From NCBI RefSeq assembly GCF_009914755.1, contig NC_060942.1: a DNA stretch of 64,000 nucleotides; one strand, given 5' to 3'. The notes below the pieces were generated by a model, which did no database searches, was not told the DNA's origin, and worked only from the letters and a program-made list of their open reading frames with translations. Of the stretch, positions 1 through 19,314 are shown one piece after another (position 1 is the stretch's first letter; each line of letters opens with the position of its first letter). The position numbers and the translations under genes were made by a program. Source of the stretch: the human T2T-CHM13v2.0 reference genome, Homo sapiens.

Positions 1-837
1 TGGCCATTACAAATAAAGCTGCTATGAACATTTGAATGTAAGACTTTTAATGAACTTACATTCATAGGCATGGACTGTCTGGGCCGTAAGTTAGGTGTGT
101 TTTTAATTTCTGAAGTAATTGTCAAACTGTTTTGCAAGGTGCTTTTACTGCTTTCCATTGCATCCTCACTAACACTTGGGATGGTCAGGCTTTCTTATTT
201 GAGACATTGAAGTAGGTAAGTAGTTAAATCACATACGTTTTAGTTTGAAAACCCTTAATGAGTAATAGTGTTGAATGACCATCTTTTCATGTGTTTATAT
301 GCCTTCCATGTATCTTCTGTGCCAAAGTAAAATGTCTGTTTGAATCTTGCTCATTTTTATTGAGTTGTTTGTGTTTTTTATTATTATTGAGTTCTAAGGT
401 TTCCTTATATAGTCTCCCTAAAAATATTTTCCCAAACATGTAATTTGCAAATGTTTTCTCAAAGCCTGCAGCTTGTCTTTCATTATCTTAAGAGTCTTTC
501 TGAGAGTAGAATTTTTCAAATTTGATGAAGCTCAATGCATTCTTTTCTATCTTTTATGACTCCTCATGCTTTTGATAGTGAATCTAAAAAATATTTGCCT
601 AAACAAAGCTCACAAACATTTTCTATGTTTTTTATCCAGAATTTTTGCAGTTTTAGGTTTTACATTTAGATCTCTGATATATTTTGAGTTAATTTTAATT
701 TATGATGTGAGACAGGGATTAACATTCCATTATTTTTTTCCACAGGGACTTCCATTCATTCCAGCATTGTTTGCTGAAATGACTTCCTATCCTTTATCCA
801 CTGAAAATCCTTTGCTCATTTGTTGAAGATCAATTGA

Positions 838-840
<3 letters not shown>

Positions 841-871
<31 letters not shown>
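841..871. repeat. (TG)n microsatellite
   Basis: About 15 perfect TG units. Confidence 0.97.
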
Positions 872-873
<2 letters not shown>

Positions 874-3154
874 TTCTGCATGCTGTTCTAATGGATTGAT
901 CTGTTTGCCTCATTTTCATGTCAATAGCACATTTTAAAAATTACTGTAGCTTTCTGTCCTTTTTCAAAACTGTTTTTACTGTTCTAGGTAGGTCCTTCAC
1001 ATTCCATATAAATTTTAAAATCAGCTGTTAAATTTCTACTGAAAAAAGAAAGCTGATTGAGATTTTGATTCGGATTGTGTAAAACCTATCAATTTTTGAA
1101 GATTGAAAACTAAATAATATTTTAACTTTTACCCATAAACATGCAATATTTTACTATTTACTTCTGAGTGTTACAAAATAGAGCTTATTAATTCATATAT
1201 TGATCTTTTCTTCTGTATTCTTGTCAAGTTAGCAGATTTTGTATACTCTATAGAATTTTCTACATAGATGATCATTTCATTTGCAAATGAAACTTTTTGT
1301 TTCTTCTTTTCTAATATGAACTTTTATTTTTTTTCTTAATATATGATCTAGAACCTTGAATACAATATTGAATAGAAGTAGTGAGACTGGACACATTTGT
1401 TTTAATGCTGATCTTGGAGAGAAAACATTTAGTCTTCCACCATTAAGCTTGATAAGAGTGGTAGGTTTTTCACATATTTTCTTTATCAGGTTGAAAAATT
1501 TTTATTTTAAGGCACCTGAGAATTTTTCCCCCCTTATCGCAAATAGATGTTGAAAGTTTTCCATGCATTTCATGCATCTATTAGTATGAGTATATGATTT
1601 TTCTTTTTCAGTTTCTTCATGTGTTGAAATAAATTGATTGGTTTCTGAAAGTTAATCCAACTCTACATTCTTGGGATGAACACCGTTTGTTTATGGTGTT
1701 TTATCTTTTTAATATATTGTTGAACTTATTTTGCTAAAATTGTATTCAGAATATTTGTTTCCATTTTCATGGGGGATATTGGCCTATAGATTTCTTTCAA
1801 TATATTTTTCTAATTTTGACATAAGAATAATTACTGCTGTATTAGTGATTCAGGAAGTAGTCTCTCCTCTTAAACTTTATGTGAGAGATTGCTTAGAATT
1901 GGTAATATCTTTCCATAAATATTTTGCAGAATTCACTAGTGAAGCTATAGGAGCTTGGAGTATTTACATGGAAAGGTTTTAAACTACAAATTCAATTCCT
2001 TTAATAGATATAAAGATATCTAGGTTATCTAATTTATCTGTGTGAGCTTGGTAGCTTGTTTCTTTCAAGAAGTTTACTTGTTTCATCAAAGTTTTCAATT
2101 TATTTGAATGGTTATTTATAATCTATTTATCCTTTGAATATATAGAGAAGCTTTAATGATTTTTACTCACTCTTTCATGATATTGATCATTTGTGTTCTT
2201 TTTCATCAGTTTGTCTAGAGTTTTATCAATGTTATTTATCTCATAAACTAACTTTTGTTTTCATTGATTTTCATTATTGTTTTTCTCTTTTATTTATTTT
2301 TACTATGATACTTATTTTCTTTTCTTACTTTTAGTTTCATTACTTCTTTTATGAGCTACAGCTTTTTTGTGTTACATTAAAAGTTTCTTGAGAATTTGTA
2401 GAACACATCTCTAACATGTAACAATATATTTTCACATGACGTTATACTACTTTATGCATAACAAAAAAAAACCAACAGTACATTTTTCTTGGACTTTCTT
2501 GGACTTTGTGTTACTGTTATCCTTCATTTTACTTCTATCCATATTATAAACCTCATAATACATTGCTATTATTTTTGCTTCAAACAGTTTATTCTTTTAA
2601 AAAGTTTTTTTAAAATAAGAAAAATTCATGTTTGCCATGTAGTTAAAACTTCTAGTTGTCTTTCTTCTTTTCTATAGATCCACCTTTTCATCTGTCATCA
2701 TTTTTCTTTTACTTGAAGGTCTTCCTTTAACTACTTCAGTAGTGCAGGTCTACCAGTGACCAATTATTTCACTTATTTCTAAATAATTCTTTATTTTGTC
2801 TTTATTTTGGAAATATATTTTTGCTAAAGTATTATAGTGTGATAATTCTTTACCTTTAGTACTTTAAAAATTGTTCAAATTTGTCTTCTAGCTTCTTTTA
2901 TTGTTGTCAAAAATATCTACTATGATTCTTATTTGTCTATCCGTTTGTAGTGGGTCTGTTTCTCTCAGAGTTTTAATATTTTCTCTTTATGCTTGGTGTT
3001 ACATAATTTTATCATGATGTGCATTGGTGTGTTCTTTGCCCTTGGGTTTATGAATCTGTGGGCTGATGGTTGTCATTAAGTTTTTGAGGAAAAATGTCAG
3101 TTATTAATTCCTCAAGTAATTTTTCTGCTTTGCCTGCATACAAACACTTCAATT

Positions 3155-3221
3155 ATATACATATATATATACACACACAGAGTATATATGTATATACACA
3201 CACATATATATACACACATAC

Positions 3222-3262
<41 letters not shown>
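3155..3262. repeat. (TA)n/(CA)n mixed microsatellite
   Basis: Seen directly; source of the YIYIY ORF. Confidence 0.95.
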
Positions 3263-3266
<4 letters not shown>

Positions 3267-5422
3267 TCTTGAATTTGTCCCATAGTTTACCGAAGCTCTG
3301 TTCTTTTTCTCCGTCTGTTTTATTTTAAATAGGCTACATTGCTATAACATCGAGTTCACTAAAGATTTTTCCTCAGGGTCTAATCCCCTGCTAATTACAT
3401 TCTGGGTACTTTCATCTGAAATATTATATTTTCAATTTGGTCTTTTTTATATCATTCATTTATCTATTTAACATGTTAAAATATTTCTTCTGTCTTCCTA
3501 AACATATGAAAGATGGACCTAATTACCTTAATATTGTTGTATTTATTCTATCATCTATCATTCTGAATTTAGCTTTCGAGAAGTTAATATTTCTCCTCAT
3601 TATGGCTATTCTTTTCATACCTGGTCATTTTTGTTTGACTGCCCAACATTCTGAATGTTAAATGCTGTATCTTTCTGTATTCCTAAAAATATTATTGAAC
3701 TGTAATCTAGCACAAAGGTAAATTACTTGGTTTTGCCTAAATGCTTCGTTATGTGGGACCAAAGCTACATGTAGACCCTTCTTAGTACACTAAAAGATGC
3801 CTCATGAATTATTAGTTTTCTACTCTCTTTGCAACAGGCAATAACCCTGTCCTTTGTGAGTTCTAGGCAGTGTTCATTTAAGTCTTTTTTTTTTTTTTTG
3901 ACTTAGGTATTTCGCTCGCATGCATGAGTTGATCTACACTGAACTGAACACGTCAGGGATTTTTTTTTTTTTTCTATGTAGGATACTCTTCTTTTACTTA
4001 CTCTGCTGAAAATTCTAACCACCTTGACTTTCCAAAACTGAACTCTGGGATACCCTGGCTCTGACTTCATTCTTCCTCCAGTTCCATAACCTGAGAAATT
4101 TCTCCAATAGTAAAATAAGGCAATCATAGGGCTCATATAATCTGTTTTCCATATTTTAGAGATCACAATCCTTCATTGTATGTTGTTGAATATTTTGAGA
4201 GCCAGTGTTTCATATATATTTGCCCCGATTTTTAATTATTTTTTGTGCCAAGGGAGCAAATGTGGTCCTTGTTACCCCATCTTGAATAGAAGTCTTCCTG
4301 AGACAAGTTTCAAACCTTTATATTAGAGCAATTAGAGCCATCCATTTGAGGAGATGTAGCATTGCCATATGAAAAGCAAATAATGTCAGGTAAAACATGT
4401 ACATATTGTATGTGTATATTGTTTTATTTTAACTTTAATAAAAGATCTTGAACTTTATTTTTTTATTTAAGGAAGTATTCTATTTCCTAACTAGTCATTC
4501 TTAAGCAAAGAAAGAACACAATAATTTTCCACCTATCATATTGACCCTATATCTTATGTTTATAGCGACTCTGTGCAATGGGCAATTGAATAATTCTTAT
4601 ACAGCTTGGCAAATTTTTGTCAATGCTATCACCACAAATATAACATCTTAATGGAAATAAAATGTGTCCATCATGTTTAAAATATTTTTTAAAATGTAGT
4701 TTTATTTTCATTTTACTATTAGTGGTTATATTTCATGACATACTTTCAGAGTCTGAGACTTCAGTTTCCACAGTAAACAGATACTTAATAAATGATTAAT
4801 TATAATAAAGTCTCCTGTGCTTTTTCAATTGGTAGGAGGAAAAATTGAAATTACTGTTTGCATAATTCAAGTTAAAAGTAAATAAGCAAAGACAATAAAA
4901 CTATTATTTGAAATCCTGCTAAATACAACAAAGGCTTAAATTGTTGACTCAATTCCCTATACAAATTAATTCACAAATAAATTGTGGTTTCAAATATCTG
5001 GTAAAATGTCCATGTTCTACTTTGCTTGCATCTCCACATGTTCATAGGGGGATAAGGGGATTAAGACAAGTATCTGGGCAATTCAGAAAAGAATTATAAG
5101 CCATGTTAACAATTGTTAGTCAAGATTTACACAGAGTATTTATCAAGCACAGGGCCCACCACAGACTAAGGTGGAAATACAGAGCAATTATTTGATTTTT
5201 CATAATTAGGAAAGTAATGTTTATATTGTAAGCTTCTTATAGGAAAACTGACGTATTTAAATCTAACAGAGAAAAATTTCTTTATTAAGCTGGTAATGTA
5301 GATATGCTGCCTTACTGACTTATTGGTATAGTATATAACCACAATACTTTTTAGTGATTTTGATTATGATATTTCCATTTGCTTATTCTGAAGATCTATG
5401 TTAATTATCAATACCATCTGGT

Positions 5423-7984
<2,562 letters not shown>

Positions 7985-8457
7985 TTTAGTGGACACAGAT
8001 ATATTTCACCCCAGTTCTCTTTCAAGGAAGGATTTCTTGCCCCAGATGCAGAAAGTGCAGGCAGAGATACCCTTTAGATGTCAACAAATTCAGAGATCAC
8101 ATCAGTTGCACAGACAGCTTTCTCCATGCGCTTTCTCCCTTTTACTGCATTCACCACATCCTCCATCACATTTCACCCCTCTCAAGTGGCCCAGATCCAA
8201 TGAATGTGGTTAAAGGGCCCATCCATTTCTTCCTACTGAGGGGTAACTATGACAGTACCTTTTAGCTCTAGAGTTCCCCGTGATCTCAGCCAAAATTATT
8301 GTTGTGTCTGCAATACAGGTTGACTTTTTCATCTATCCAATCTTGTTTCCTTCTTCTTTCTTCCGCAAATCTTGACCCCAAAGACACTTCTTAATAAACA
8401 TTCTATACACTAAACTTGATCACAGAATCTGCTTCCGAGACAGCCTAACATGCTACA
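7985..8457 (+). mobile_element. ERVL LTR16-family LTR (3' LTR of provirus)
   Basis: Preceded by purine tract 'aaggagtgga'; 'ttcaaggaaggatttcttgccc', 'tttagctctagagttccccgtg', AATAAA at ~8393; ends 'cagaatctgcttcc..cctaacatgctaca'. Confidence 0.8.
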
Positions 8458-11029
8458 AAAGCATAATGAAGAGAGCATACAAGTTGTAATCATATCAACT
8501 TGAGTTTTTAAATCTACTAATTCTGTAACTGTGGACAAGTTACTTAGCTTTTGCGGATTTTGGAATCCAAAAACATGTCTTTCTTTTGTATGTTTTTTAA
8601 TGCAAAGCAAAAGCTCTATTCATTGTTGTATAGGAGGAATAGCCTGAATTATCTGAAATTTTGGAATAAAACTCAAGCACTTCAATAATGTTCAAATATA
8701 TTTTAAAAAATATCGTCTTGTTTAAATGTGTTTGCACATACACAACTATGTAAGGGATTAATTTCTTACTTTTTTTAGGAGATTTCAATGTTGCAATATT
8801 TTTACGGCATTCATATAAAGTAGCCTTGAGCCTCCTTCTCTAGTAGCTATATATTGACATCCTAGTGCTGAAGAAATTATTCTTTATTTTGCCGGTGAAT
8901 TGATTTACACATAAACTAAAGTAGAATAGAAAAATGTGAGGAGAATATTTACGATTCAAATACTCTCACCCAGATGCATATTAAAATAAGTAGCTTTTAG
9001 GTAGTGTTAATAAAACAAAATTAATTCAGTTGCACAAGTTGAAAAACTGAAATATTTATACATCAATTATTGATGATTTGTACTTTTCAAACTAACTTGT
9101 TTTATTGTGTTACCAAGCCAAGGCTAGCATTATCTTTCAGCTAGACTAAACTGCCTGCCATTATTCTTAAAGTATCTAGATATGCACATAACGTTTAGTT
9201 TTATGGTATAATCTTCCTTTAAATAATTTTATTTTTAAGTTTTTCCTTCATTATAACTGATGCCAGTTTGTATCTATATCACTCCTTTGTTGACTTATCA
9301 AATGACATTAACTGCTGTTGAGTGGTAGTTTTTTGATTTTTTTTTTAATTTTTCTATTGTTTAACTTTTCATGTATTTGGGCTCCATCTTCTCAACAAAG
9401 TTGCAAGCTTATTGAAGGGAAAAGCATAGTTTTATATTTCCTTGATTTTACCATAAACATTTAATGAGGTACACAATATTGCAAATAATTTGTATTCTTT
9501 ATCTTGATTTTACTCAATATTGTCAGGATTGATTGAGGAATTGGTCTGACTTCTTAAGTAAAACATCTTCTCTATAACTCATTAGATTTTAAATCATAGA
9601 GGAATAAATGAGTTGCAATAAGAAAATCAATTGAGTCTCTTCTGAGTAAGACTACATTTCAAATGTTCAAGCTGATTTAGGACAATTCTTACTAGTGGGT
9701 TTCTTCAATAATACAGTTGAGACTCCACACACAAATGAGAAATTAATATGGAAATTAGACGCTGATGTAGTGCAATGAAAAAAATATCATATTGACATCC
9801 CCTACAACAATGGAAAAATGAAAAATCCTACAAATATTGGGGCGGGGAGAAAGAAGTTCTGATTTAAAAGCCCTGCTTAAAGAGGCTGTTTGCCAACTTT
9901 CAGATTTTTAAGTAACTGAGTAGAAACTAGGTGATTCTCAAAGGCAAAAATAAACTGAATGGGTTGCAAAATAAATTTTAGTAATAAATTGATGCATTTG
10001 TTTTTAAAAATAATTTAGCCTTTGGAATCCTTTCAGATGAAAATTTTAATTATCATTTTTCTTGCAAAAAGAATGATTCTATGTGAAAAACACTTTATTA
10101 AGTAAAACAAAACAATGCAAAAAAACCTGATATTTGAAAAATAAAAATAATTCTGAATATATTATTTATGAAAAGGTCATTTGAAAGTGTTAGTTTCAAA
10201 ACTAGGGTTTTAACCATTTAATTTTACCTCATAGTATAACATATTTATAGGTTGATGAGACCATACTTTCAGATATATTTCATTTATATTTGATTCTTAA
10301 AAACATAGGTTTCTGCTTATAGGTTTTCATTTTCATGTTTCCCCAAAATGGCTCATGTTGAATACATTTTAGTGTTAAAATGTCATAGCCATAACATCAC
10401 TATATGGATTATAATGCCATAGATTATAGGGAATAAACAAATCAGTGAATTGAAGGCAATATGGCTACTATTATGATAATGTTAACATCATGACATAAAG
10501 AACATATTTCTACTTTTATTATGCATTATTACCTATCACAGACAGCAATGTCTAAAAGTGGGAAATTTTTGAAGAGAGCTTCTATTGCTTTGAAAATTAT
10601 CATGTTATCTTAGGAACTGTAAAGGATTTGATGGGGGAGGAAAGAAAGGTGCATTCTTGTGTGAAATATGCACATGAGTACAGTGATATGAGGCATGTGT
10701 ACGTTATACCATTCAGCAGACGAAGGCACAGTGAATTGTCTTTAAAAGCTGGCTATATAACAAAGAACCAGCAGATCATCAATGTGACAATTTTATATTC
10801 AGTTTACACAGGTGGAATCTCATAAAGTAGTCATTGAAAATTAAACAGACATAGAGTTGAATCATACACCCATGAATAGGAGAATTCTTCCCAGCCAATG
10901 GCACAAACATTCCTTTTGGGAAGTAGCTACCTATACCAGTGTTTAAAATGAGGGGAGGTGTGGTCAGATTTAAAGTGATCTGAAAAAGGTAGAAATTTTG
11001 ATTAACTTTATATTTTTAAGCTTGCATTT

Positions 11030-11845
11030 TTTAAAAAGTATAAACACTAAGTATATCACTTCAAAAACAATAAGGGAAAAAATATCAATTTATAAAAATG
11101 CAATAAAAGAAGGTTAAAAGAACCAGATAAAAAGCTCAGGATAAATAGAAAGCAGAAAATAAGATGGGAGAAATTATTCAAACAAATAAGTAATCACAAT
11201 AAATGTAAAATAATCCAAGTCACCAGCTAAAAGACAGATAATATAATATTAACGTTTAAAACTATAGCTATATGACTCTATAAAAAATAGACAAATGTAA
11301 AAACACATACATGGTGAAATATGCACAAATCAGAAACAACCTTAAAAATACTGATAATGCTATTTAAAACAAGCTTTAGGGAAAAATAATGAGAGTATAG
11401 TGAAAGGCAGTTAAATTTACCAAGATTACATAAAACTCCAAAATCTATGTGAACATAATAATCTGTCCTTAAATATGTAAGACAGAATTACATGTATAGA
11501 TGGACAAATCTAGAATAATAAAATCCCTTAACAAACTTATTTTACTAGTTGATAGGTGAAATGGACAAAATAATGAACAGTTTTGAAAGGTTTGATAAAC
11601 TTAATTTAAAAAACTGGTATAAAAGACAGATATATCTGTATATTACCCAGCTCTAGCAATGATAGAATCCACATTCTTCTCAAGCATACAAAAAACATTT
11701 TTAAGATAGTATAATAGTCTCTAGAACTTAAAGCAATCTGAAAGTCTTTCTAGAAATTAATCATATAGCCCATTTTCTGTTCTTCTACTATAATGATTTT
11801 TTTAATGAAATAACAAAAAGATAACTGAAATTGTAAACAACGTGT
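11030..11845 (+). mobile_element. Old L1M fragment: ORF2 start / endonuclease
   Basis: 'taatcacaataaatgtaaa..ccagctaaaagacaga' (ITINVN..PIKRQ) and 'agaatccacattcttctcaagcatac' (EYTFFSS-like). Confidence 0.75.
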
Positions 11846-11849
11846 ATAA

Positions 11850-14300
<2,451 letters not shown>

Positions 14301-14319
14301 TACCAATCTTATAAAAAGT

Positions 14320-16570
14320 TTCTCTAGGGTATAAAAATAAAAAACAAGCCATGTGAATTATATTCTGTAGTTTTTATTGACCTCACAACAAAAGGAGAAA
14401 CAGGAGCATAAAAAGCCAGTTAGAGAGCAATGTTGTATTTGAATACGTAGCTGAAATATTGAACGAAATTTTTAAATTGGATACATTTTTATCAAGTTAA
14501 TATATTATGAGGATTATTGCAGGAAAGCAAGGATAATCTAATACTAGAAGAAATTATCAATATAAACTCCCTCTTAACAGATTGATGGTAAAAAAATTTA
14601 TCTCAAGAGGTGCATCACAATGTCTGATACAATGAATAACTAATTCATCTTTTAAATTATCATCAGATTACAAGTAGAAAGGAATTCCCTTAACCTGATG
14701 AAGGTTGTACATCAAAAACTTTCTTTAAACACCATATAAAATATTCAAACTGATAAACGTTCTAATAAAAAACGTAACAATAAAGATGACATCTAAATTT
14801 CAGCAAATTTGTTGTAAATTTCAGTTACTCCACGTTGAACTGAAAACTCTAGTGGATAGCCAATTAAATAAGATAGAAAATCAAAAATAAGAGGCAAAAA
14901 TATTTTACAATTTTTACACAAAATTATAGTTATTTGCAGACTTTGTGTTTTGGAAAACCTAAGGTAATCTATAAATCATTAGAACTAATGAGAGCACTCA
15001 GCAAATTCATTGTATACAAAACCAACAATCAAAAATAACTACAAAAAATAGTACTAAAAAGACTCCATCCATAATATCTACATCAACTAAAATGTGTAGG
15101 GGTGAAACAACTGGCAGATGTGTGCAAATTATTTGTGAAATAAAAGATTACAAAATTTGAAATACATAAAAGAAGCCCTGAATAAATGAAAATATACAAT
15201 AAGTTCTTCAGTGGAAGACTTCATATTATAAGCAAGTTAATTCTTCCCAAATTTATGTATTAGTGCAATGCAATTCCAATAAAAATCCCGAAAGAATTTA
15301 TTGAAATCTTGAACACACTGATCCTAAACTTCATGAGAATGAGACAAAAGTAGCCAAGACAATTTTTGGAAAAATATTAAAAATAATGATTATATGTTCT
15401 GTCTGGCCAGATACCACATCTTATTGCAAGCATAGTTCAGGATCAGAAATAAGTAATAAATCAGTGGAATAGAATAGAGCAATGAAAATACACCATCAAA
15501 TATGACATCTTGCTAGAGGGGACATTACAAATTAGTGGTCTAATGTAGGACTATTAAGTAAATGGTATTTAAATGCTAGCATTTCCAGAGGGAAGAAATA
15601 ATTTGATTATAATCTCATTTTATATAAAATATTTTCAAGATGGAGGAAATAATAGGGAAAACAAAACTTAAAAGTATTACAAGAATGTATAGAATATATC
15701 CCTATATGTTAGTGAAAGAGTTCTAAAATCATAACATAAACAAATCTTATAAAATAGAGATTGATGGATTTGATTATTTGAAAAGTATGCATTTATGCTT
15801 GACTAAAGTCACCATAAACATAGTTAAAATGTAAACTTTGGCTGATTAGGAAGCAATATATGGAACTTGGTAACAGAATTGATTATTATTCATTACTATT
15901 TTTGAAATCAATATGAAAATGTACTTATATTCCAGTTGAAAGGAGTGGTAACATTTAATGATTATTAATTGATTGAAGAACCCATGAGTCCAAAAAGTAT
16001 TAGAATATGCCAAAAATCTTAACCAACCTGAGAAGTGCCAGTTTACAAAGAAGACACTTTTCTTACTTATATTGACCAAAGTGCCTTAAATTGAGTGTCA
16101 CATATTGGAAAGGATCTTGGTGAAAGAAATTGTAATATACTATTTCTGGGAGTAGAAATGATACAATAATTTGAGAAAAAAATTGGGAATAGCCAGTTTT
16201 GAGTTAATTATTTCTCTTTCAAAGCAGCCATTCTATTATACATATAAACTCTTAAAAATTGTTTACAGTTACATGCAAAGATTATACACACACACATATT
16301 ATATGTATATACACACATATATATATACATACATATGTATGAATTTCCATTTTAGCTCATTTTGTAATAGGAGGAAATTAAAAATAATGTATACATCCAT
16401 CAACAGATTAACAGATAAATAAAATGTGTAATGTACTCTATGGTAAAATACTGTACATAGAAAAAAATGAATTAATGACATTAGCATATACTGATATAGT
16501 AAAGGGCAAAGCAATGTTTTAAAAAGAAAATTGCAGTATTATACTCACTATTCACTATTCACATGAAAGT
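14320..16570 (+). mobile_element. Old L1M: ORF2 RT/C-terminal region and 3' end
   Basis: 'gaaaggaattcccttaacctgatgaagg', 'aatgcaattccaataaaaatccc', 'atcagtggaatagaatagagc', 'catccatcaacagattaacagataaataaaatgtg'. Confidence 0.8.
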
Positions 16571-17109
16571 AATATATGTTGTGCTGTCATGTACTGCTTC
16601 TCTCTTCGTCTCTCTCTTTCTGACTCTCTCTCTGCCACACACAAACACACAGACACACACAAAATTAAGGGAAATACTGAAAAATTACACAGTTAATGTT
16701 AGTCATTGCTTTTAAAACAGCAAAGACATGAGAGAATACAATTTGCAATGAGGAAAACAAGTGTTTTTAGCTTTATCTACAATGTTTTATTTTGTTAAAA
16801 TAGACAAAACAGATATGATCAAATTTGAAAAATATAAAGAACAAGTAGTAGAAACAAACATTATTCATCATTACACCACCAAGAGGGCACTATAGTTAAA
16901 ATTTTATGAAGGTTTTGCTCAAGATTTTTGTTGTTGTTTCTGTTTTCACTTTTGTAATCGAAAAGAAAAAAAACTTAAATCTCTTGAGACAGTGGTTTGG
17001 ATAAATTGTTTAGTGTAGCGAGACCTTACAGTTAAAAATTTTCAAGATATATCTTATTATTTTGGTTCTCAACATGTTTTTCCATCAAACTACTTAAACA
17101 CATACCTTC

Positions 17110-17524
17110 TGTCCTAGTCTGTTTTGTGTTGTTATAAAGGAATACCTGAGGCTGGGTAATTTATAAAGAAAAAAGGTTTATTTGGCTCATAATTCTTATG
17201 GCTGAAAAGTTCAACATTGAGCATCTGCATCTGGTGAGGGCCTCTGGTTGCTTCCACTCACGGTGGAAGGTAACGAAGTGCTGATGTATACAGAGATCAC
17301 ATAGTAGGAGAGGAAGCAGGAGAGACAGGGATGAGAGGTGCCAGGCTCTTTTTAACAACCAGACTATGTGGGAACTAACAGAGTGAGAACACACTCACCC
17401 CAGTGGGAGGGTATTAATTCATTCATTAGAGGTCAATTCCTATGTCCAAACACCTTCCATCTGGCCCCAAATTTGGGGAACAAATTCAATGAATTTTAGG
17501 GGGGAAAATATCCAAACCATAGAG
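17110..17524 (-). mobile_element. MaLR LTR, MST family (MSTB-like)
   Basis: 'tgtcctagtctgttttgtgttgttataaaggaatacctgaggctgggtaatttataaagaaaaaaggtttatttggctc...tccaaaccatag'. Confidence 0.9.
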
Positions 17525-19212
17525 CCTTCTTATATGCAACATGCTTACACGGGCCAACAAGGTTTTACATATTAGAGCATAATGATTGCTGGCAAATTAT
17601 GTAATTCCACTTTTTTTTCCTACCACTGATCCAAGCTACTAGTATTTCTCACACATAGATGAGAAAATTATGCCATAGATGTTTTTAGAAATTATATTTT
17701 TTAAAGAATTGGAAAGAGAAATAGATTTTTAGCTTCTTTGTTCAGAGTGTTTATGTAATGTAGTTTAAGTCTCACTGTTTTAATGATGAATTGTTAGCTT
17801 TTGTGTTTGTTGAACACCTTGTTTCTAATACATCTATGTATTGACTAATTCAACCATGAGGTAGTGAATGAGATCTAATTGCAACTTGCTGGCAGGAAAT
17901 AAATTGTACAATTGATTGTGGTTTTTTGAAAAAAAAAAAACCATTTTAAACTTTTGAATCTACAAATTCACAGTTATGAAAAACAGCAGGCATTATATGC
18001 CTTCAAGCAGAGTTTGTGAAAGATAAGTCAGGAAAAGTTTGTTTCATTATCACACTCAGAAATGTGCCTTACTATCACACCCTATAAAAAGAAAGGAAGA
18101 TCAATTTGCTTTGATGGCACATAATGCTTTTAATCTACCACATTAAAAAGTAATTTTTCAAGGCTGAGTTAATGTGAGTGCAGTACACCCTTTTGTTAAG
18201 CTTTTGTATATTTTCCAGGTATAAGTCATGAGTGAGAACTTGCTGGTGAAGAACCTACTTTTATATATGACCATAGTATATGTTTGAAACTAGAAAAAAA
18301 TTGAAAACGAATGTGTTTCAGCTGCTTGAGAGTATTTTTGTTGTCTTTGTTGTTGTTTTATGAAACACAACCATATTCTTGCCTCTTGGAAGACATCATA
18401 ATGATTTTTCCAATTTCAGGCATTTTGATCCTTAAGGAACTTTCAGTGGGTGTTCCTAATGTCATAACTGGGCAATTGTTACTTCTTCAGTCAGTTAAGA
18501 TTAGAAGCCAGATTATCAGATAGTCTATTGCCTATATAGTAGCTATAAGAAAATATATGGAACAAAATATAAGCATGAAAATAGTAGATAAAAATAAAAC
18601 ACTTTACCATTTTTATAACCCTGCATTTAGAATCTATTTTATAGCCTTAGAAAAGAAAATCTGTAGAGTAGTTTACAGAATTTGTCCTGCTGGCATTTAC
18701 CCAGGTATTTAAGGGAAGCACATTTATTTATGAAAAACACGAAATAATTTCTATGTAAGGATGATAGAAAGTAAAAATATTTGAGAATCTATGATATTGT
18801 CATATGTGTTGTGTTTTGCAATATTAAAAAATATAAAAGACATAATTTCTGTTCTTCGGGTCTAGGTAATTTTTTAAAAACAAAGTTTTTCACTAAAAAA
18901 AGAGGGATTAAAATAACAATTTTTGAAAATAGAAGGTGCATGGTGCAAGCAAATACAATAGGAATTTAACAAGGGTCAGAATTTTTGGAGAATTGCATTT
19001 TAAACTTGTTTTTGTAGTAGGGATAAGTTAGGCAAGTAAGCCGAGTAAGGGTAAGTTAGCCAAGAGGAGGTGTTTAGAAAGTTCTAAATGTGAAAATAAT
19101 ACTATTTATTATTTAACATTAACTGCACCCCCACCCCCACCAACGTCTTGAATCAGGACAGTACTGGAAAAAAATGAAACAGGTTAAAGAGGTTTGCAAA
19201 ACAAAATAACAT

Positions 19213-19314
19213 CACACACACACACACACACACACACAAAATAGGGAGAAACGTTATAGAAGGGTTAAGTTAGATAGTTATAGGAAAGTTGTGTGTGTAT
19301 GTGTGTGTGTGTGT
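19213..19314. repeat. (CA)13 and (TG)~12 microsatellites in inverted arrangement
   Basis: CA run 19213-19238, TG run 19290-19314, ~51 bp spacer. Confidence 0.92.

Larger units (their letters stand above)
1..4295 (-). mobile_element. Old L1M LINE (L1MC/MD/ME-like), degraded, antisense; runs off window start
   Basis: Antisense L1 hallmarks: 'tggccattacaaataaagctgctatgaacatt', 'aatacaatattgaatagaagtagtgaga', 'ttcactagtgaagctataggagcttggag'. 5'-end-like 'ggtccttgttaccccatcttg..agaagtc' at ~4263-4295. T-rich plus strand. Confidence 0.85.

Noticed and set aside
19119-19188. TTAA-bounded short segment suggestive of a piggyBac MITE
   Set aside because: No convincing terminal inverted repeats
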